Assembly: GCA_964436825.1 (NCBI GenBank)
Contig: CAYTEO010000003.1
Coordinates: forward strand, 64,679 to 128,678
Origin: an uncultured Fibrobacteraceae bacterium
GTDB lineage: Bacteria; Krumholzibacteriota; Krumholzibacteriia; LZORAL124-64-63
Direction of reading: 5' to 3'
Length of the DNA: 64,000 bases
The notes below the pieces were generated by a model. The model saw only the letters and a list, made by a program, of their open reading frames with translations, was not told the DNA's origin and did no database searches. Every line of letters starts with the position of its first letter. Within the stretch, counting starts at the first letter, position 1. Shown piece after piece: positions 42,444-52,220 of the stretch. Made by a program: the position numbers and the translations under genes.

Positions 42444-44429
42444 TCAGTATCCCAGGCTCCGCAGCTGGCGCTGCAGCTGCGGGTCGATCACCGTCGTGGT
42501 CGTGTCCTCACCGTCCGGCTGCAGGACAGCGGCCAGGGAGTCCCACGCCGCCAGCCGGCGGCGCGCCGCGCGCAGCAGGGGATCGACGCCGTCCGGCCGG
42601 CTGGCGAGGGGCGCCTGCGCCGCGGGATCGCTGCCCAGATCGTACCAGACGCTGTCCCCGGTCGCAGGCACCGTGATCCGCAGCCACCGCTCCAGCCGCA
42701 GGCCCAGGCGAGGCGGACCGTAGAGCATGTTCTCCATGATCGCCGGGGGGCTGGCGCCGGCCGGCCCCGCCGACGCCTCCGCCCACAGGCCCGGCCGCCC
42801 CGGCAGTCCTTCCGGAACGGGCCAGCCCAGCTCGGCGCAGAGGGAGGGCACCAGGTCCAGGGTCCGCCGGTCGGCGTCGACGGCCAGGCCGGCCCCCTCG
42901 CCGCCGGGCAGCTTCACCAGCAGGGGGATGCGGGTCACCTCCGGCAGCAGGGAGTGGCCGTGCTCGTAACCGCCATGCTCGAAGAACTCCTCCCCGTGAT
43001 CGGCGGCCAGGACGACCAGGGACCGGTCCCAGCTGCCGCTCCCGCGCAGGGCATCGAACAGGACGCCGAGCCAGGCGTCGGTGTAGGCCACCTCGCCGGC
43101 GTAGAGGGACTGCAGGGCCGTTGCCACCGAATCGGGAACGTCGGGACAGAGTTCCCGCACGGCCGGCATCCGTCCGGCCGGGAAGCCGTCGGCCGTGAAC
43201 AGGGGCGAGTCCGGCGGCGGCGGCGCGCACCAGACCGTCCCCGCGCGGCGGGCCGCCGCGGGGAAGTCGTCGGGCGTGTGGCGGCGGTACGGGACATGGG
43301 GATCCATCAGGTGGATCCAGAGGAAGCAGGGCCTGTCGCCGCGGCGACGGGCGAGCCAGCGGACGGCCTTGCCGATCTGGGCGGCGGCGTCGTCCCGGGA
43401 CCATCTCTGCTGCCACCGGGCCGTCACCTCGCGCACCAGGACCGACCGGGCCGCGGGCAGGAGCCACTCGAGCTGGCGGGCGTGGTCGTAGCGGGCAAAG
43501 CCGCGGGCGAACCCGTACGACGGCGTCAGGTAGGGGTTGGCCGCGACAGCCCAGGTGTCGTAGCCGGCGCGGCGGGCCAGCTGGGCCAGCGTCGTCACCC
43601 CGTCCGGCAGGCCCCGGTAGCGGGCCACACCCAGTGTCCGCGGCGGCCAGCCGGTCAGCAGGGTCGCCATGCTCGGCAGGGTCCAGCTGCCGCTCGACCA
43701 GGCGTCGCGCAGGCGGACGGCCTCGGCGGCGAAACGGTCCAGGTTCGGTGTCGGCGGGTTGCCGGGCCCCAGCAGCCGGTCGTAGTCGGCACGCCAGGTG
43801 TCGATCGTCACGAGCACGAGATCCGGCGCCCCGGCAGGAGCCTCGCCCAGCGGGGTCCCCGCCAGGCGCTCGGCCCGCCAGGCGGAAAGCTGGGATCTCC
43901 AGCCCAGCACACCGGCCAGCAGGAGCAGCAACGCCGCCGCGGTCGCCGCGCGGGGACGACAGCGGCCGCGGCGCCACCATTCCCGCAGGAGCCGTTCCAG
44001 CAGGAGGGTCACCCCTGTCCAGACGGCGAGCATGACCAGGCGCCGCGGCCAGGGGGAGCCCTCCCCCTCCCACCACCGCGGGCCATGTTCCCGCAGCAGG
44101 TAGGAGGCGGCCAGGGTGGCCAGGACCGCCAGGGAGGCGGCCGCCGCCAGGGCCGCCCTGGCGCCGTCGCGCCGCGCACGCAGCAGGCCGGCCGGCAGGT
44201 AGGCCGCAGCGGCGAGGCACGCCGCCGCCAGGCCGGCCGGCAGCAGGGGGGCGGTCAGCAGTGCGGCCCAGCCGCCGGCGAGCGGCGCCGTCGCGGTCCC
44301 GAACCGCAGCAGCTGCGACGCCGCCTCCAGCAGGGCGGCCGCCGCGGCCAGCAGGGCGGCCGCCAGGACTGCCCGTCCGATGCCGGGGCAGGGCCTGATC
44401 ACCGCGGTCGCCTCGTCACGTTCCCTCAT
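42444..44429 (-). CDS. Membrane-anchored sulfatase-like hydrolase/transferase (alkaline phosphatase superfamily)
   Basis: N-terminal TMs; LVLVTIDTWRAD, TPNLD, WTLPSMATLLTG, WIHLMDPHVPY, Y.GEVAY.D, ADHGEEF.EHG..EHG, LRSLGY. Start set at ATG 44429 (SD GGAGG) because ATG 44459 overlaps a TTGACC-N18-GAGAAT promoter candidate. Confidence 0.88.
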   Translation of the reverse strand: MRERDEATAVIRPCPGIGRAVLAAALLAAAAALLEAASQLLRFGTATAPLAGGWAALLTAPLLPAGLAAACLAAAAYLPAGLLRARRDGARAALAAAASLAVLATLAASYLLREHGPRWWEGEGSPWPRRLVMLAVWTGVTLLLERLLREWWRRGRCRPRAATAAALLLLLAGVLGWRSQLSAWRAERLAGTPLGEAPAGAPDLVLVTIDTWRADYDRLLGPGNPPTPNLDRFAAEAVRLRDAWSSGSWTLPSMATLLTGWPPRTLGVARYRGLPDGVTTLAQLARRAGYDTWAVAANPYLTPSYGFARGFARYDHARQLEWLLPAARSVLVREVTARWQQRWSRDDAAAQIGKAVRWLARRRGDRPCFLWIHLMDPHVPYRRHTPDDFPAAARRAGTVWCAPPPPDSPLFTADGFPAGRMPAVRELCPDVPDSVATALQSLYAGEVAYTDAWLGVLFDALRGSGSWDRSLVVLAADHGEEFFEHGGYEHGHSLLPEVTRIPLLVKLPGGEGAGLAVDADRRTLDLVPSLCAELGWPVPEGLPGRPGLWAEASAGPAGASPPAIMENMLYGPPRLGLRLERWLRITVPATGDSVWYDLGSDPAAQAPLASRPDGVDPLLRAARRRLAAWDSLAAVLQPDGEDTTTTVIDPQLQRQLRSLGY

Positions 44430-44492
44430 CGCTGCCTCCATCCCGGGGGTGTCACCCATTCTCCCGGCCGGCGCCGGGAGAGGTCAAGGAAC

Positions 44493-44520
44493 TTGCCAGC
44501 GTCCCAGGCGATGCTATCGT
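44493..44520 (+). promoter_or_regulatory. sigma70-type promoter for acyl-CoA dehydrogenase
   Basis: TTGCCA-N16-TATCGT with a TGn extension. Confidence 0.5.
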
Positions 44521-44553
44521 GCCTGGAACCGGGAAACGCAAGAACGGAGGAAG

Positions 44554-45723
44554 ATGATGCATCCCTACCGCGGCGTCGACTACTACGGATTCGAGGAACT
44601 CCTCTCCGACGAGGAACGGGCCGTCCGCGACATGGTCCGCACCTTCGTCGAGCGGGAGTTCCTGCCGGTCGTCCGGCAGCACCACCGGGCCGGCACCTTC
44701 CCCACCGACCTGGTCCCCGAGCTGGGCCGCCTCGGCCTGCTGGGAGCCCACGTCCAAGGCCCCGGCTGCCCGGGGCTGTCGGCCACCGTCTACGGGATCA
44801 TCTGCCAGGAGCTGGAGCGGGGCGACAGCGGCCTGCGCAGCTTCGTCTCGGTCCAGGGTAGCCTGGTCATGTGGCCCATCGCCACCTACGGCAGCGAGGA
44901 GCAGCAGCGCCGCTGGCTGCCGGAGCTGGCCAGCGGCCGGCTGATCGGCTGCTTCGGGCTGACCGAGGCGGGCCACGGCAGCGACCCCGGCGGCATGGAG
45001 ACGACCGCCGTCCGCGACGGCACCGACTGGATCCTCCACGGCGGCAAGATGTGGATCACCAACGCCGACCTGGCGGACGTGGCCATCGTCTGGGCCCGCA
45101 CCGACGAGGGTGTCCGCGGCTTCCTGGTCGAGCGCGACCGGGAGGGATTCTCCAGCCAGCCGATCCAGGGCAAGTACAGCCTGCGCGCCAGCGACACCGG
45201 CGAGCTGGTCCTGGACGAGGTCCGCGTTCCCGAGGCGAACCGCCTTCCCGGCGCCCGCGGCCTGCGCGCGCCGCTGAGCTGCCTCAACGAGGCCCGCTAC
45301 GGGATCGCCTGGGGCGCCGTGGGCGCCGCGGCCGACTGCTACGACACCGCCCTGCAGTATGCCGGCGAGCGGGAACAGTTCGGCCGGCCCATCTCCGGGT
45401 TCCAGCTCGTCCAGCGCCGCCTGGTGCGGATGCTGACCCGGGTGACCACGTCCCAGGCCCTGGCCCACCGCCTGGGCCGGCTGAAGGACGCGGGGCGGGC
45501 GCGCTTCCCCCAGGTCTCGCTGGCCAAGCGGCACAACGTCGCCGCCGCCCTGGCCAACGCCCGGGAGGCACGGGCCGTCCTGGGGGCCGCCGGCATCACC
45601 GACGAGTACCCCGTCGGTCGCCACCTGACGAACCTGGAGTCGGTCTACACCTACGAGGGGACCCACGACATCCACACCCTGATCGTGGGGGCCGACATCA
45701 CCGGCCAGGAAGCCTTCCGCTGA
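44554..45723 (+). CDS. gcdH: Acyl-CoA dehydrogenase, glutaryl-CoA dehydrogenase type
   Basis: ELERGDSGLRSFVSVQ.SLVM.PI, GCFGLTE..HGSDPGGM, KMWITN, R.QFGRP, NLESVYTYEGTHDIH.LI.G..ITG. Confidence 0.88.
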   Translation: MMHPYRGVDYYGFEELLSDEERAVRDMVRTFVEREFLPVVRQHHRAGTFPTDLVPELGRLGLLGAHVQGPGCPGLSATVYGIICQELERGDSGLRSFVSVQGSLVMWPIATYGSEEQQRRWLPELASGRLIGCFGLTEAGHGSDPGGMETTAVRDGTDWILHGGKMWITNADLADVAIVWARTDEGVRGFLVERDREGFSSQPIQGKYSLRASDTGELVLDEVRVPEANRLPGARGLRAPLSCLNEARYGIAWGAVGAAADCYDTALQYAGEREQFGRPISGFQLVQRRLVRMLTRVTTSQALAHRLGRLKDAGRARFPQVSLAKRHNVAAALANAREARAVLGAAGITDEYPVGRHLTNLESVYTYEGTHDIHTLIVGADITGQEAFR

Positions 45724-45743
45724 GCGGTGTCGCGCCGGCACGA

Positions 45744-45776
45744 CGCTGCCCGGCGTCCGCGGGACGCCGGGCAGCG
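45744..45776. terminator. Bidirectional terminator-like hairpin between convergent gcdH and nuoN
   Basis: Perfect 15-bp stem CGCTGCCCGGCGTCC-GCG-GGACGCCGGGCAGCG; no U-tract. Confidence 0.6.
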
Positions 45777-45799
45777 GCAACCGGGTATCCGGGTGCGGA

Positions 45800-47320
45800 T
45801 CAGAACATCAGCGACCGGAAGGCCCAGGCGGCCACCGAGTGCAGCGCCCCCGGCAACACCCCCAGCACCAGCACGAGCACGGCCAGCACGCCAGCCGTGA
45901 AGGCCGTCTCCCAGCCCTGGCCCCGCCAGGGTTCCTCTTCCGGCTCGCGCATGTACATCAGCACGACGATCCGCAGGTAGTAGTAGACCGACAGCAGGGA
46001 GTTGACGACGCCCCAGATGGCCAGGGGCAGCAGCCCCGCCTTCACGACGGCGTCGAAGATGTAGAACTTCCCGATGAACCCCGCCGTGGGCGGGATGCCG
46101 GCCAGGGAGAACATGAACACGGCCAGGGCCGCCGCCACCAGGGGCTGCCGCCTGGCCAGGCCGGCGTAGCCGTCGCTCTGGTCCGCCTCGTCGGTCCGGC
46201 TGCGGCTCAGGTGGACGACGATCCCGAAGGCCCCCAGGTTCATCAGCGCGTAGCTGACCAGGTAGAAGAGCAGGGCGCTGCCGGCGGCCATCCCGATCTC
46301 CTCCTGCATGATGGCGGCGCCGCCGCCGCGGGCGGGCGCCAGCAGGGCCAGCACGCCCAGCAGCAGGTAACCGGCGTGGGCGATGCTGGAGTAGGCCAGC
46401 ATCCGCTTCAGCCCCGTCTGGGAGAGGGCCACCAGGTTGCCGTAGGTCATCGTCGCCACCGCGAGGACGGCCAGCAGCGGGAACCAGATGTCGGCGACGA
46501 CCGGTGCCAGCAGCCACACGAAGCGGACCAGGGCGGCCACGGCCGCCGCCTTGACCCCGGTCGCCATCAGGCCGGTCGTGTAGGCCGGCGCACCGTCGTA
46601 GACGTCGGGGGTCCACATGTGGAACGGGACCATCGCCACCTTGAAGCCGAAGGCCACCAGGACCAGGCCCACGCCGGCGGCCAGCAGGAACCCGCGGGAC
46701 CCGCCCGCGCCGACGGCGGCGCCGAGGGCGGCGTAGCCCGTCCCTCCGGCCTGGCCGTAGAGCAGGGCGCTGCCCAGCAGGAGGATCACCGAGGCGAAGG
46801 CGCCCAGGATGAGGTACTTGAAGCCTGCCTCGCTGGAGCGCAGCGAACCGCGGTTGCCCGCCGCCAGCAGGTAGACCGACAGGCTCATCGTCTCGATCCC
46901 CAGGTAGAGGGAGAGCAGGTCGGTGGCGGCGACCAGGACCATCATCCCCAGGATCGCCAGCAGCAGCAGGGGGTAGAACTCGGGGCGGTAGCGCCCGTCG
47001 CGGTCGTAGAGACCGGTGGCGAAGACGACCGTCGGCATCCCGATCATCAGCAGCAGGTCGTGGAGGAAGCGGACGAACGGGCCGGCCGCCAGCATCCCCC
47101 CCATCAGGCCGTCGGCGGGCGGCTGGGCCGGCGCCGCGTGCTGCGCCAGCAGCGCGCCCAGCAGCGTCAGCAGCGTCAGCATCGACAGGTGGTCCTTGCG
47201 CAGGCTGCGCACGAAGGAGTCGACCAGCAGCACCAGCAGGGCGCCGGCGGTGACGACGAGGTACGGCAACAGCCAGGGCCACTGGTGGGAGAGATCGAGG
47301 CCGATCCGCAGCTCCGTCAT
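45800..47320 (-). CDS. nuoN: NADH-quinone oxidoreductase subunit N
   Basis: EAGFKYLILG, GFKVAMVPFHMWTPDVYDGAP, KRMLAYSSIAHAGY, SLAGIPPTAGFIGKF. Confidence 0.96.
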   Translation of the reverse strand: MTELRIGLDLSHQWPWLLPYLVVTAGALLVLLVDSFVRSLRKDHLSMLTLLTLLGALLAQHAAPAQPPADGLMGGMLAAGPFVRFLHDLLLMIGMPTVVFATGLYDRDGRYRPEFYPLLLLAILGMMVLVAATDLLSLYLGIETMSLSVYLLAAGNRGSLRSSEAGFKYLILGAFASVILLLGSALLYGQAGGTGYAALGAAVGAGGSRGFLLAAGVGLVLVAFGFKVAMVPFHMWTPDVYDGAPAYTTGLMATGVKAAAVAALVRFVWLLAPVVADIWFPLLAVLAVATMTYGNLVALSQTGLKRMLAYSSIAHAGYLLLGVLALLAPARGGGAAIMQEEIGMAAGSALLFYLVSYALMNLGAFGIVVHLSRSRTDEADQSDGYAGLARRQPLVAAALAVFMFSLAGIPPTAGFIGKFYIFDAVVKAGLLPLAIWGVVNSLLSVYYYLRIVVLMYMREPEEEPWRGQGWETAFTAGVLAVLVLVLGVLPGALHSVAAWAFRSLMF

Positions 47321-48885
47321 TCCGTTTCCTCCCCATGGGTGCTCCGGGAGCCGGGAGCGTCGGCGAACATGACGTCGGCCGGCGCGTGTCTGCCGGCGGC
47401 GATGGCGGTCACCGGCGCCAGCAACCGCTCCACCGACGGCTGCATCCGCTCGACCAGCGGGGCCGGGTGGACCCCCAGCAGGACGATCATCACCAGGATG
47501 GGCAGCAGGACCCCCCACTCACGCGGCGTCAGGTCGGGCAGGCCGCGGTTCTCCTCGCGGGAGAGCTTGCCCAGGAAGACGCGCTGGTACATCCACAGCA
47601 TGTAGAAGGCCCCCAGGACGACCCCGGTGGCGGCCAGGACCGTCAGCAGGCGGGCATGGTGCAGCAGCGTGCTGCCGAACGAGCCGAACAGGATCAGGAA
47701 CTCGCCGGTGAAGCCGCTCAGCCCCGGCAGGCCGATGCTGGCCAGGGTGGCGAACATGAACACCGCCGCGTAGGCCGGCATGGCGTGGGCCAGGCCGCCG
47801 AAGTCGGCGATCCGGCGCGTGTGGCGGCGCTCGTAGATGACCCCGACGAGCAGGAAGAGGGCGCCGGTCGACAGGCCGTGGCCGAGCATCTGGTAGACGC
47901 CGCCCACCGCCCCGGTGACCGTCAGGCTGAACAGACCCAGCACGACGAACCCCAGGTGGCTGACGCTGGAATAGGCGACCAGCTTCTTGACGTCGCGCTG
48001 GACCAGGGCCACCAGGGCGCCGTAGATGATCCCCACGACCGCCAGGGCGGCCAGCCAGGGCGCCAGGCGCAGGGCGGCGTCGGGGAACAGGGGGATGGAG
48101 AACCGCAGCAGGCCGTAGGTCCCCATCTTCAGCAGGATCCCGGCCAGGACGACCGAGCCGGCCGTCGGCGCCTCGACGTGGGCGTCGGGCAGCCAGGTGT
48201 GGAACGGGAAGATCGGCACCTTGATGGCGAAGGCCAGGGTGAAGGCCAGGAAGAGCCACAGCTGCTCCCGCGGCCCCAGGGCGAGCTGCTGGAAGTCGGC
48301 CAGGGCCATGCTGCCGGCCAGGTGGTAGCAGTACAGGATGGTCACGAGCATGAAGACCGAACCGACCATCGTGTAGATGAAGAACTTGACCGCCGCGTAG
48401 ATCCGCCGCTCACCGCCCCAGATGCCGATCAGCAGGGCCATGGGGATGAGCATCGCCTCCCAGAAGACGTAGAACAGCAGCATGTCGCGGGCCAGGAAGG
48501 TCCCGAGCATCGCGGTCTGCAGCAGCAGCAGGAAGGCCATCGCCTCGCGGACCCGCTCGTCGATCGCCCGCCACGTGCTCCAGGCGACCAGCGGCCCGAA
48601 GAAGGTCGTCAGCAGGACCAGCAGCAGCGAGACGCCGTCGCAGCCCAGGGAGTAGGAGATCTTCCCGCCGGCCAGCCACGGCACGTGCTCGACGAACTGG
48701 TCGGCGGCCTCCCCCACCCGGAAGTGGAACCAGAGGTGGAGGGAGAGGACGAAGTCGACCAGCAGCGTCGCCAGTGCCAGCCAGCGCGCCGCCTGCGGCC
48801 GCCGCCCCAGCAGCAGGACCGCCACCGCGCCCAGCAGCGGGAAGAAGACGACCCAGGACAGGATATGCTCGGTGATCAGTGACAC
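47317..48885 (-). CDS. nuoM: NADH-quinone oxidoreductase subunit M
   Basis: FYVFWEAML, KVPIFPFHTWLPDAHVEAPT, LLKMGTYG, KKLVAYSSVSHLG, GLPGLSGF.GEF. Confidence 0.97.
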   Translation of the reverse strand: MSLITEHILSWVVFFPLLGAVAVLLLGRRPQAARWLALATLLVDFVLSLHLWFHFRVGEAADQFVEHVPWLAGGKISYSLGCDGVSLLLVLLTTFFGPLVAWSTWRAIDERVREAMAFLLLLQTAMLGTFLARDMLLFYVFWEAMLIPMALLIGIWGGERRIYAAVKFFIYTMVGSVFMLVTILYCYHLAGSMALADFQQLALGPREQLWLFLAFTLAFAIKVPIFPFHTWLPDAHVEAPTAGSVVLAGILLKMGTYGLLRFSIPLFPDAALRLAPWLAALAVVGIIYGALVALVQRDVKKLVAYSSVSHLGFVVLGLFSLTVTGAVGGVYQMLGHGLSTGALFLLVGVIYERRHTRRIADFGGLAHAMPAYAAVFMFATLASIGLPGLSGFTGEFLILFGSFGSTLLHHARLLTVLAATGVVLGAFYMLWMYQRVFLGKLSREENRGLPDLTPREWGVLLPILVMIVLLGVHPAPLVERMQPSVERLLAPVTAIAAGRHAPADVMFADAPGSRSTHGEETE

Positions 48886-48897
48886 GTCCGTCCTCCC

Positions 48898-50859
48898 CTA
48901 GCCGTGGAGCGTCAGGTAGATCATGAAGGCGACGGTGCCCGCCGCCAGCATCCAGGCGTAGAAGCGCAGCATCCCGTTCTGCAGCAGCCGCAGGACCGCG
49001 CTGACGATGGCCACCAGCAGGGCGCTGCCGTTGACCAGCAGGCCGTCGATCAGCCCCGTGTCGATCCCCTTCCAGAGCACCTTCTCCGAGAGGGCGTGGC
49101 CGGGACGGATGAAGGCGGCGTCGTAGAGCTCGTCGACGTAGTACTTGTTGGCCAGCAGGCGGTAGGGCCGGCTGCCGGCGAAGTGGCGCAGGGTGTCGGC
49201 GATGTCGGTCCGCTTGCCGTAGACCCACCAGCCGGCCAGCAGCCCGAGCAGCGCCAGGGTCACCGAGGCGCCGGCCAGCAGCCACTCGGTCGAGGCCGCT
49301 TCCGCCGCGGCGGCGTGGGCCGGGCCGTGGCCGTGGGCGAAGACCGGCTCGAGCCACTGCTCGAACTGGTTGTGCCCGCCCATGAAGTGCGGGATGCCGA
49401 TCCAGCCGCCGGCTAGCGACAGGACCGCCAGCACGACCAGCGGGACGGTCATCGTCGGGGGCGATTCGTGGATGTGGTGGCGGATCTCCTCGGGGGCGCG
49501 GTTCTCGCCCAGGAAGGTCAGCGAGACCAGCCGCATCATGTAGAAGGCCGTCAGGCCCGCCCCCAGGAAGCCGAGCAGCCAGGCGACGACGTTGCCGCGC
49601 AGGAAGGCCTGGCCCAGGATCTCGTCCTTGCTGAAGAAGCCCGCGAAGGGGAAGACGCCGGCCAGGGCCAGGGTCCCGGCCAGGAAGGTCCACCAGGTCA
49701 CCGGCATCCGGCGGCGCAGCCCGCCCATCAGGCGCATGTCCTGCTCGTTGCTCATGGCGTGGATGACCGAGCCGCTGCCCAGGAACAGCAGGGCCTTGAA
49801 GAAGGCGTGGGTCATCAGGTGGAAGATCCCCGCCGCGAAGGCGCCCACGCCGCAGGCCAGCATCATGTAGCCGAGCTGGCTGACCGTCGAGTAGGCCAGC
49901 ACCTTCTTGATGTCGTTCTGGGCCAGGGCGATGGTCGCCGCATACAGGGCCGTCACGGCGCCGACGGCGGCGACGACCCCCATCGCCGTCGGGGACATGA
50001 CGAACAGGAAGTTGAGGCGGCTGATCATGTAGACGCCGGCGGTGACCATCGTCGCCGCGTGGATCAGCGCCGAGACGGGGGTCGGGCCGGCCATGGCGTC
50101 GGGCAGCCAGATGTACAGGGGGATCTGGGCCGACTTGCCCGTCGCGCCCAGGAACAGCAGCAGGGCGGCGGCCGTCGCCACCGGTGCCAGCAGGTGACGG
50201 TGGTGGGCAAGGGTGGCGAAGGAGAGGACGCCCTCCCCGTCGCCCAGGTGCGGCAGCAGGGTCGTGGCCAGCAGGAGCATCCCCAGCAGGAAGCCGAAGT
50301 CGCCGATCCGGTTGACGATGAACGCCTTCTTGCCGGCCACGGCGTTGGCCTCGTCGTCGAACCAGAAGCTGATCAGCAGGTAGGAGCAGAGGCCCACCCC
50401 CTCCCAGCCCACGAACAGCAGGACCAGGTTCTCGCCCAGCACCAGGGTCAGCATGGCGAAGATGAACAGGTTGAGGTAGGCGAAGAACCGGGTGAAGCCG
50501 GGGTCGTGGGCCATGTAGCCCAGGGAGTAGACGTGGATCAGGAAGCCGACCCCGGTGACGACCAGGATCATCACCGCGCTCAGCGGGTCGAGGGCGAAGC
50601 CGATGTCGATGGACGCGCCGCCGACGTGCACCCAGCCGCCGACCGTGTCGGTCAGCAGCCGCGCCTCATCCGGCAGGGACGCCAGGCGCAGGACCGCCTT
50701 GATCGACAGCAGCAGCGAGGCGGCCACCGCGGTGCAGGCCAGCAGCCCGGCGAGGCGACGCGGCATCCGGCGGACCAGCAGACCGTTGGCCGCCGCGCCC
50801 AGCAGCGGGATCAGGACGATCCAGCGCAGCAACGGTTCCACGAGGGCATGGTGTTCCAC
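48898..50859 (-). CDS. nuoL: NADH-quinone oxidoreductase subunit L
   Basis: FVGWEGVGLCSYLLI, NRIGDFG, GKSAQ.PL..WLPDAMAGPTPVSALIHAATMVTAGVY, THAFFKALLFL. Confidence 0.97.
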   Translation of the reverse strand: MEHHALVEPLLRWIVLIPLLGAAANGLLVRRMPRRLAGLLACTAVAASLLLSIKAVLRLASLPDEARLLTDTVGGWVHVGGASIDIGFALDPLSAVMILVVTGVGFLIHVYSLGYMAHDPGFTRFFAYLNLFIFAMLTLVLGENLVLLFVGWEGVGLCSYLLISFWFDDEANAVAGKKAFIVNRIGDFGFLLGMLLLATTLLPHLGDGEGVLSFATLAHHRHLLAPVATAAALLLFLGATGKSAQIPLYIWLPDAMAGPTPVSALIHAATMVTAGVYMISRLNFLFVMSPTAMGVVAAVGAVTALYAATIALAQNDIKKVLAYSTVSQLGYMMLACGVGAFAAGIFHLMTHAFFKALLFLGSGSVIHAMSNEQDMRLMGGLRRRMPVTWWTFLAGTLALAGVFPFAGFFSKDEILGQAFLRGNVVAWLLGFLGAGLTAFYMMRLVSLTFLGENRAPEEIRHHIHESPPTMTVPLVVLAVLSLAGGWIGIPHFMGGHNQFEQWLEPVFAHGHGPAHAAAAEAASTEWLLAGASVTLALLGLLAGWWVYGKRTDIADTLRHFAGSRPYRLLANKYYVDELYDAAFIRPGHALSEKVLWKGIDTGLIDGLLVNGSALLVAIVSAVLRLLQNGMLRFYAWMLAAGTVAFMIYLTLHG

Positions 50860-50863
50860 GGCG

Positions 50864-51169
50864 TCACTCCATGAGGGTCTTGAACTCGTCCACGTCGACC
50901 GTCCGGCGCAGCCGGAAGATCTCGACCAGGATCGCCAGCCCGATGGCCGCCTCGGCGGCAGCCACGGCCAGGTTCATCAGCACGAAGACGTGTCCCGACA
51001 GGTCGCCCAGCTGGCGGCTGTAGGCGGCGAAGATGATGTTGACGGCATTGAGCATGATCTCGATGCCCATGAACATGATCAGGCTGTTGCGCCGCACCAG
51101 GACCGCCGAGGCTCCCACCACCAGCAGGGCCGTCGCCAGGACCAGGTAGTGGGTCAACGTCACCGCCAT
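50864..51169 (-). CDS. nuoK: NADH-quinone oxidoreductase subunit K
   Basis: RRNSLIMFMGIEIMLNAVN, AAAEAAIGLA. Confidence 0.95.
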   Translation of the reverse strand: MAVTLTHYLVLATALLVVGASAVLVRRNSLIMFMGIEIMLNAVNIIFAAYSRQLGDLSGHVFVLMNLAVAAAEAAIGLAILVEIFRLRRTVDVDEFKTLME

Positions 51170-51675
51170 GGCAGCTCCTCCTCCCGCCGGCCCAGGGCCA
51201 GCGCACCGATGATCGCCACCAGCAGGACGACCGAGATGAGCTCGAAGGCCAGCAGGTCGCGCCCCAGCAGCAGGGCGCCGACGCGCTCGACCGTCCCGGT
51301 CGCCTCGGGATCCGGCGCCTTCAGGGGCAGCACGCCGAGGCGCGAGACCCAGCCCAGGGCGATCACGACGCCGGCCGCGGGCGGCAGCAACAGCACCAGC
51401 TTGCGCAGCAGCGGACGCGGCCGCCGCTCCGGCGACAGCTCCGGCCCCTGCAGCATCATGATGACGAACAGGAACAGGACCATGATGGCGCCGGCGTAGA
51501 CCAGCACCTGGAGGATGGCCAGCAGCGGCGCCGAGAGCAGGGCGAACAGGCCCGCCGAGGCGACGAGGCTGGCGATCAGCCAGACGGCGGCCACGACGGC
51601 GTTGCGGCTGACGACCGTCATGACGGCCGTCGCCAGGGTCAAGGCGCCGAACAGATAGAACAGGACGGTTTCCAC
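51160..51675 (-). CDS. nuoJ: NADH-quinone oxidoreductase subunit J
   Basis: QVLVYAGAIMVLFLFVIMML, FELISVVLLVAIIGA. Confidence 0.95.
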   Translation of the reverse strand: METVLFYLFGALTLATAVMTVVSRNAVVAAVWLIASLVASAGLFALLSAPLLAILQVLVYAGAIMVLFLFVIMMLQGPELSPERRPRPLLRKLVLLLPPAAGVVIALGWVSRLGVLPLKAPDPEATGTVERVGALLLGRDLLAFELISVVLLVAIIGALALGRREEELPWR

Positions 51676-51695
51676 GTTCCCACCCCTTGCCTCGG

Positions 51696-52199
51696 TCAGA
51701 GGGTGCCGTCGGTCGTGTTGTTCAGCAGGAACTCCTTGTCCACGTAGAACTTCTCCCTGCTGTCGGCGGCGATCTCATAGATCCCGGTGTCCAGGCGGAT
51801 CGCATCGCATGGACACGCCTCCTCGCACAGCCCGCAGTAGACGCAGCGCAGCAGGTCGATCTCGAAGCGGGCCGGGTACTTCTCGATCGACGGGTCGGGG
51901 TGCTCGGCCGCGGTGATGTGGATGCAGTCGGCCGGGCAGGCGGTGCTGCACATGAAGCAGGCGACGCAGCGCGGCGAGCCGTCCTCCCGCTGCAGCAGGC
52001 GGTGCCGCCCCCGGAAGCGCCGGCTGTAGACGTGCTTCTCCTCCGGGTACTGGATCGTCGGCATGTCGCGCATGTGCAGGATGTTGCGCACGACGTGCCG
52101 GATCGTGATCCAGAGCCCGCGGCCGATCTCCTTCAGGTAGAGCCTCTCGGCCAGGGTCGGCTTGCCGCCGTAGCCGTGGGGAACCGTCTTGCCTGCCAT
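51696..52199 (-). CDS. nuoI: NADH-quinone oxidoreductase subunit I
   Basis: TIQYPEE, CVACFMCSTACP, RCVYCGLCEEACP. Confidence 0.95.
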   Translation of the reverse strand: MAGKTVPHGYGGKPTLAERLYLKEIGRGLWITIRHVVRNILHMRDMPTIQYPEEKHVYSRRFRGRHRLLQREDGSPRCVACFMCSTACPADCIHITAAEHPDPSIEKYPARFEIDLLRCVYCGLCEEACPCDAIRLDTGIYEIAADSREKFYVDKEFLLNNTTDGTL

Positions 52200-52220
52200 C
52201 ACACTCTCCCGTCGCACCGC

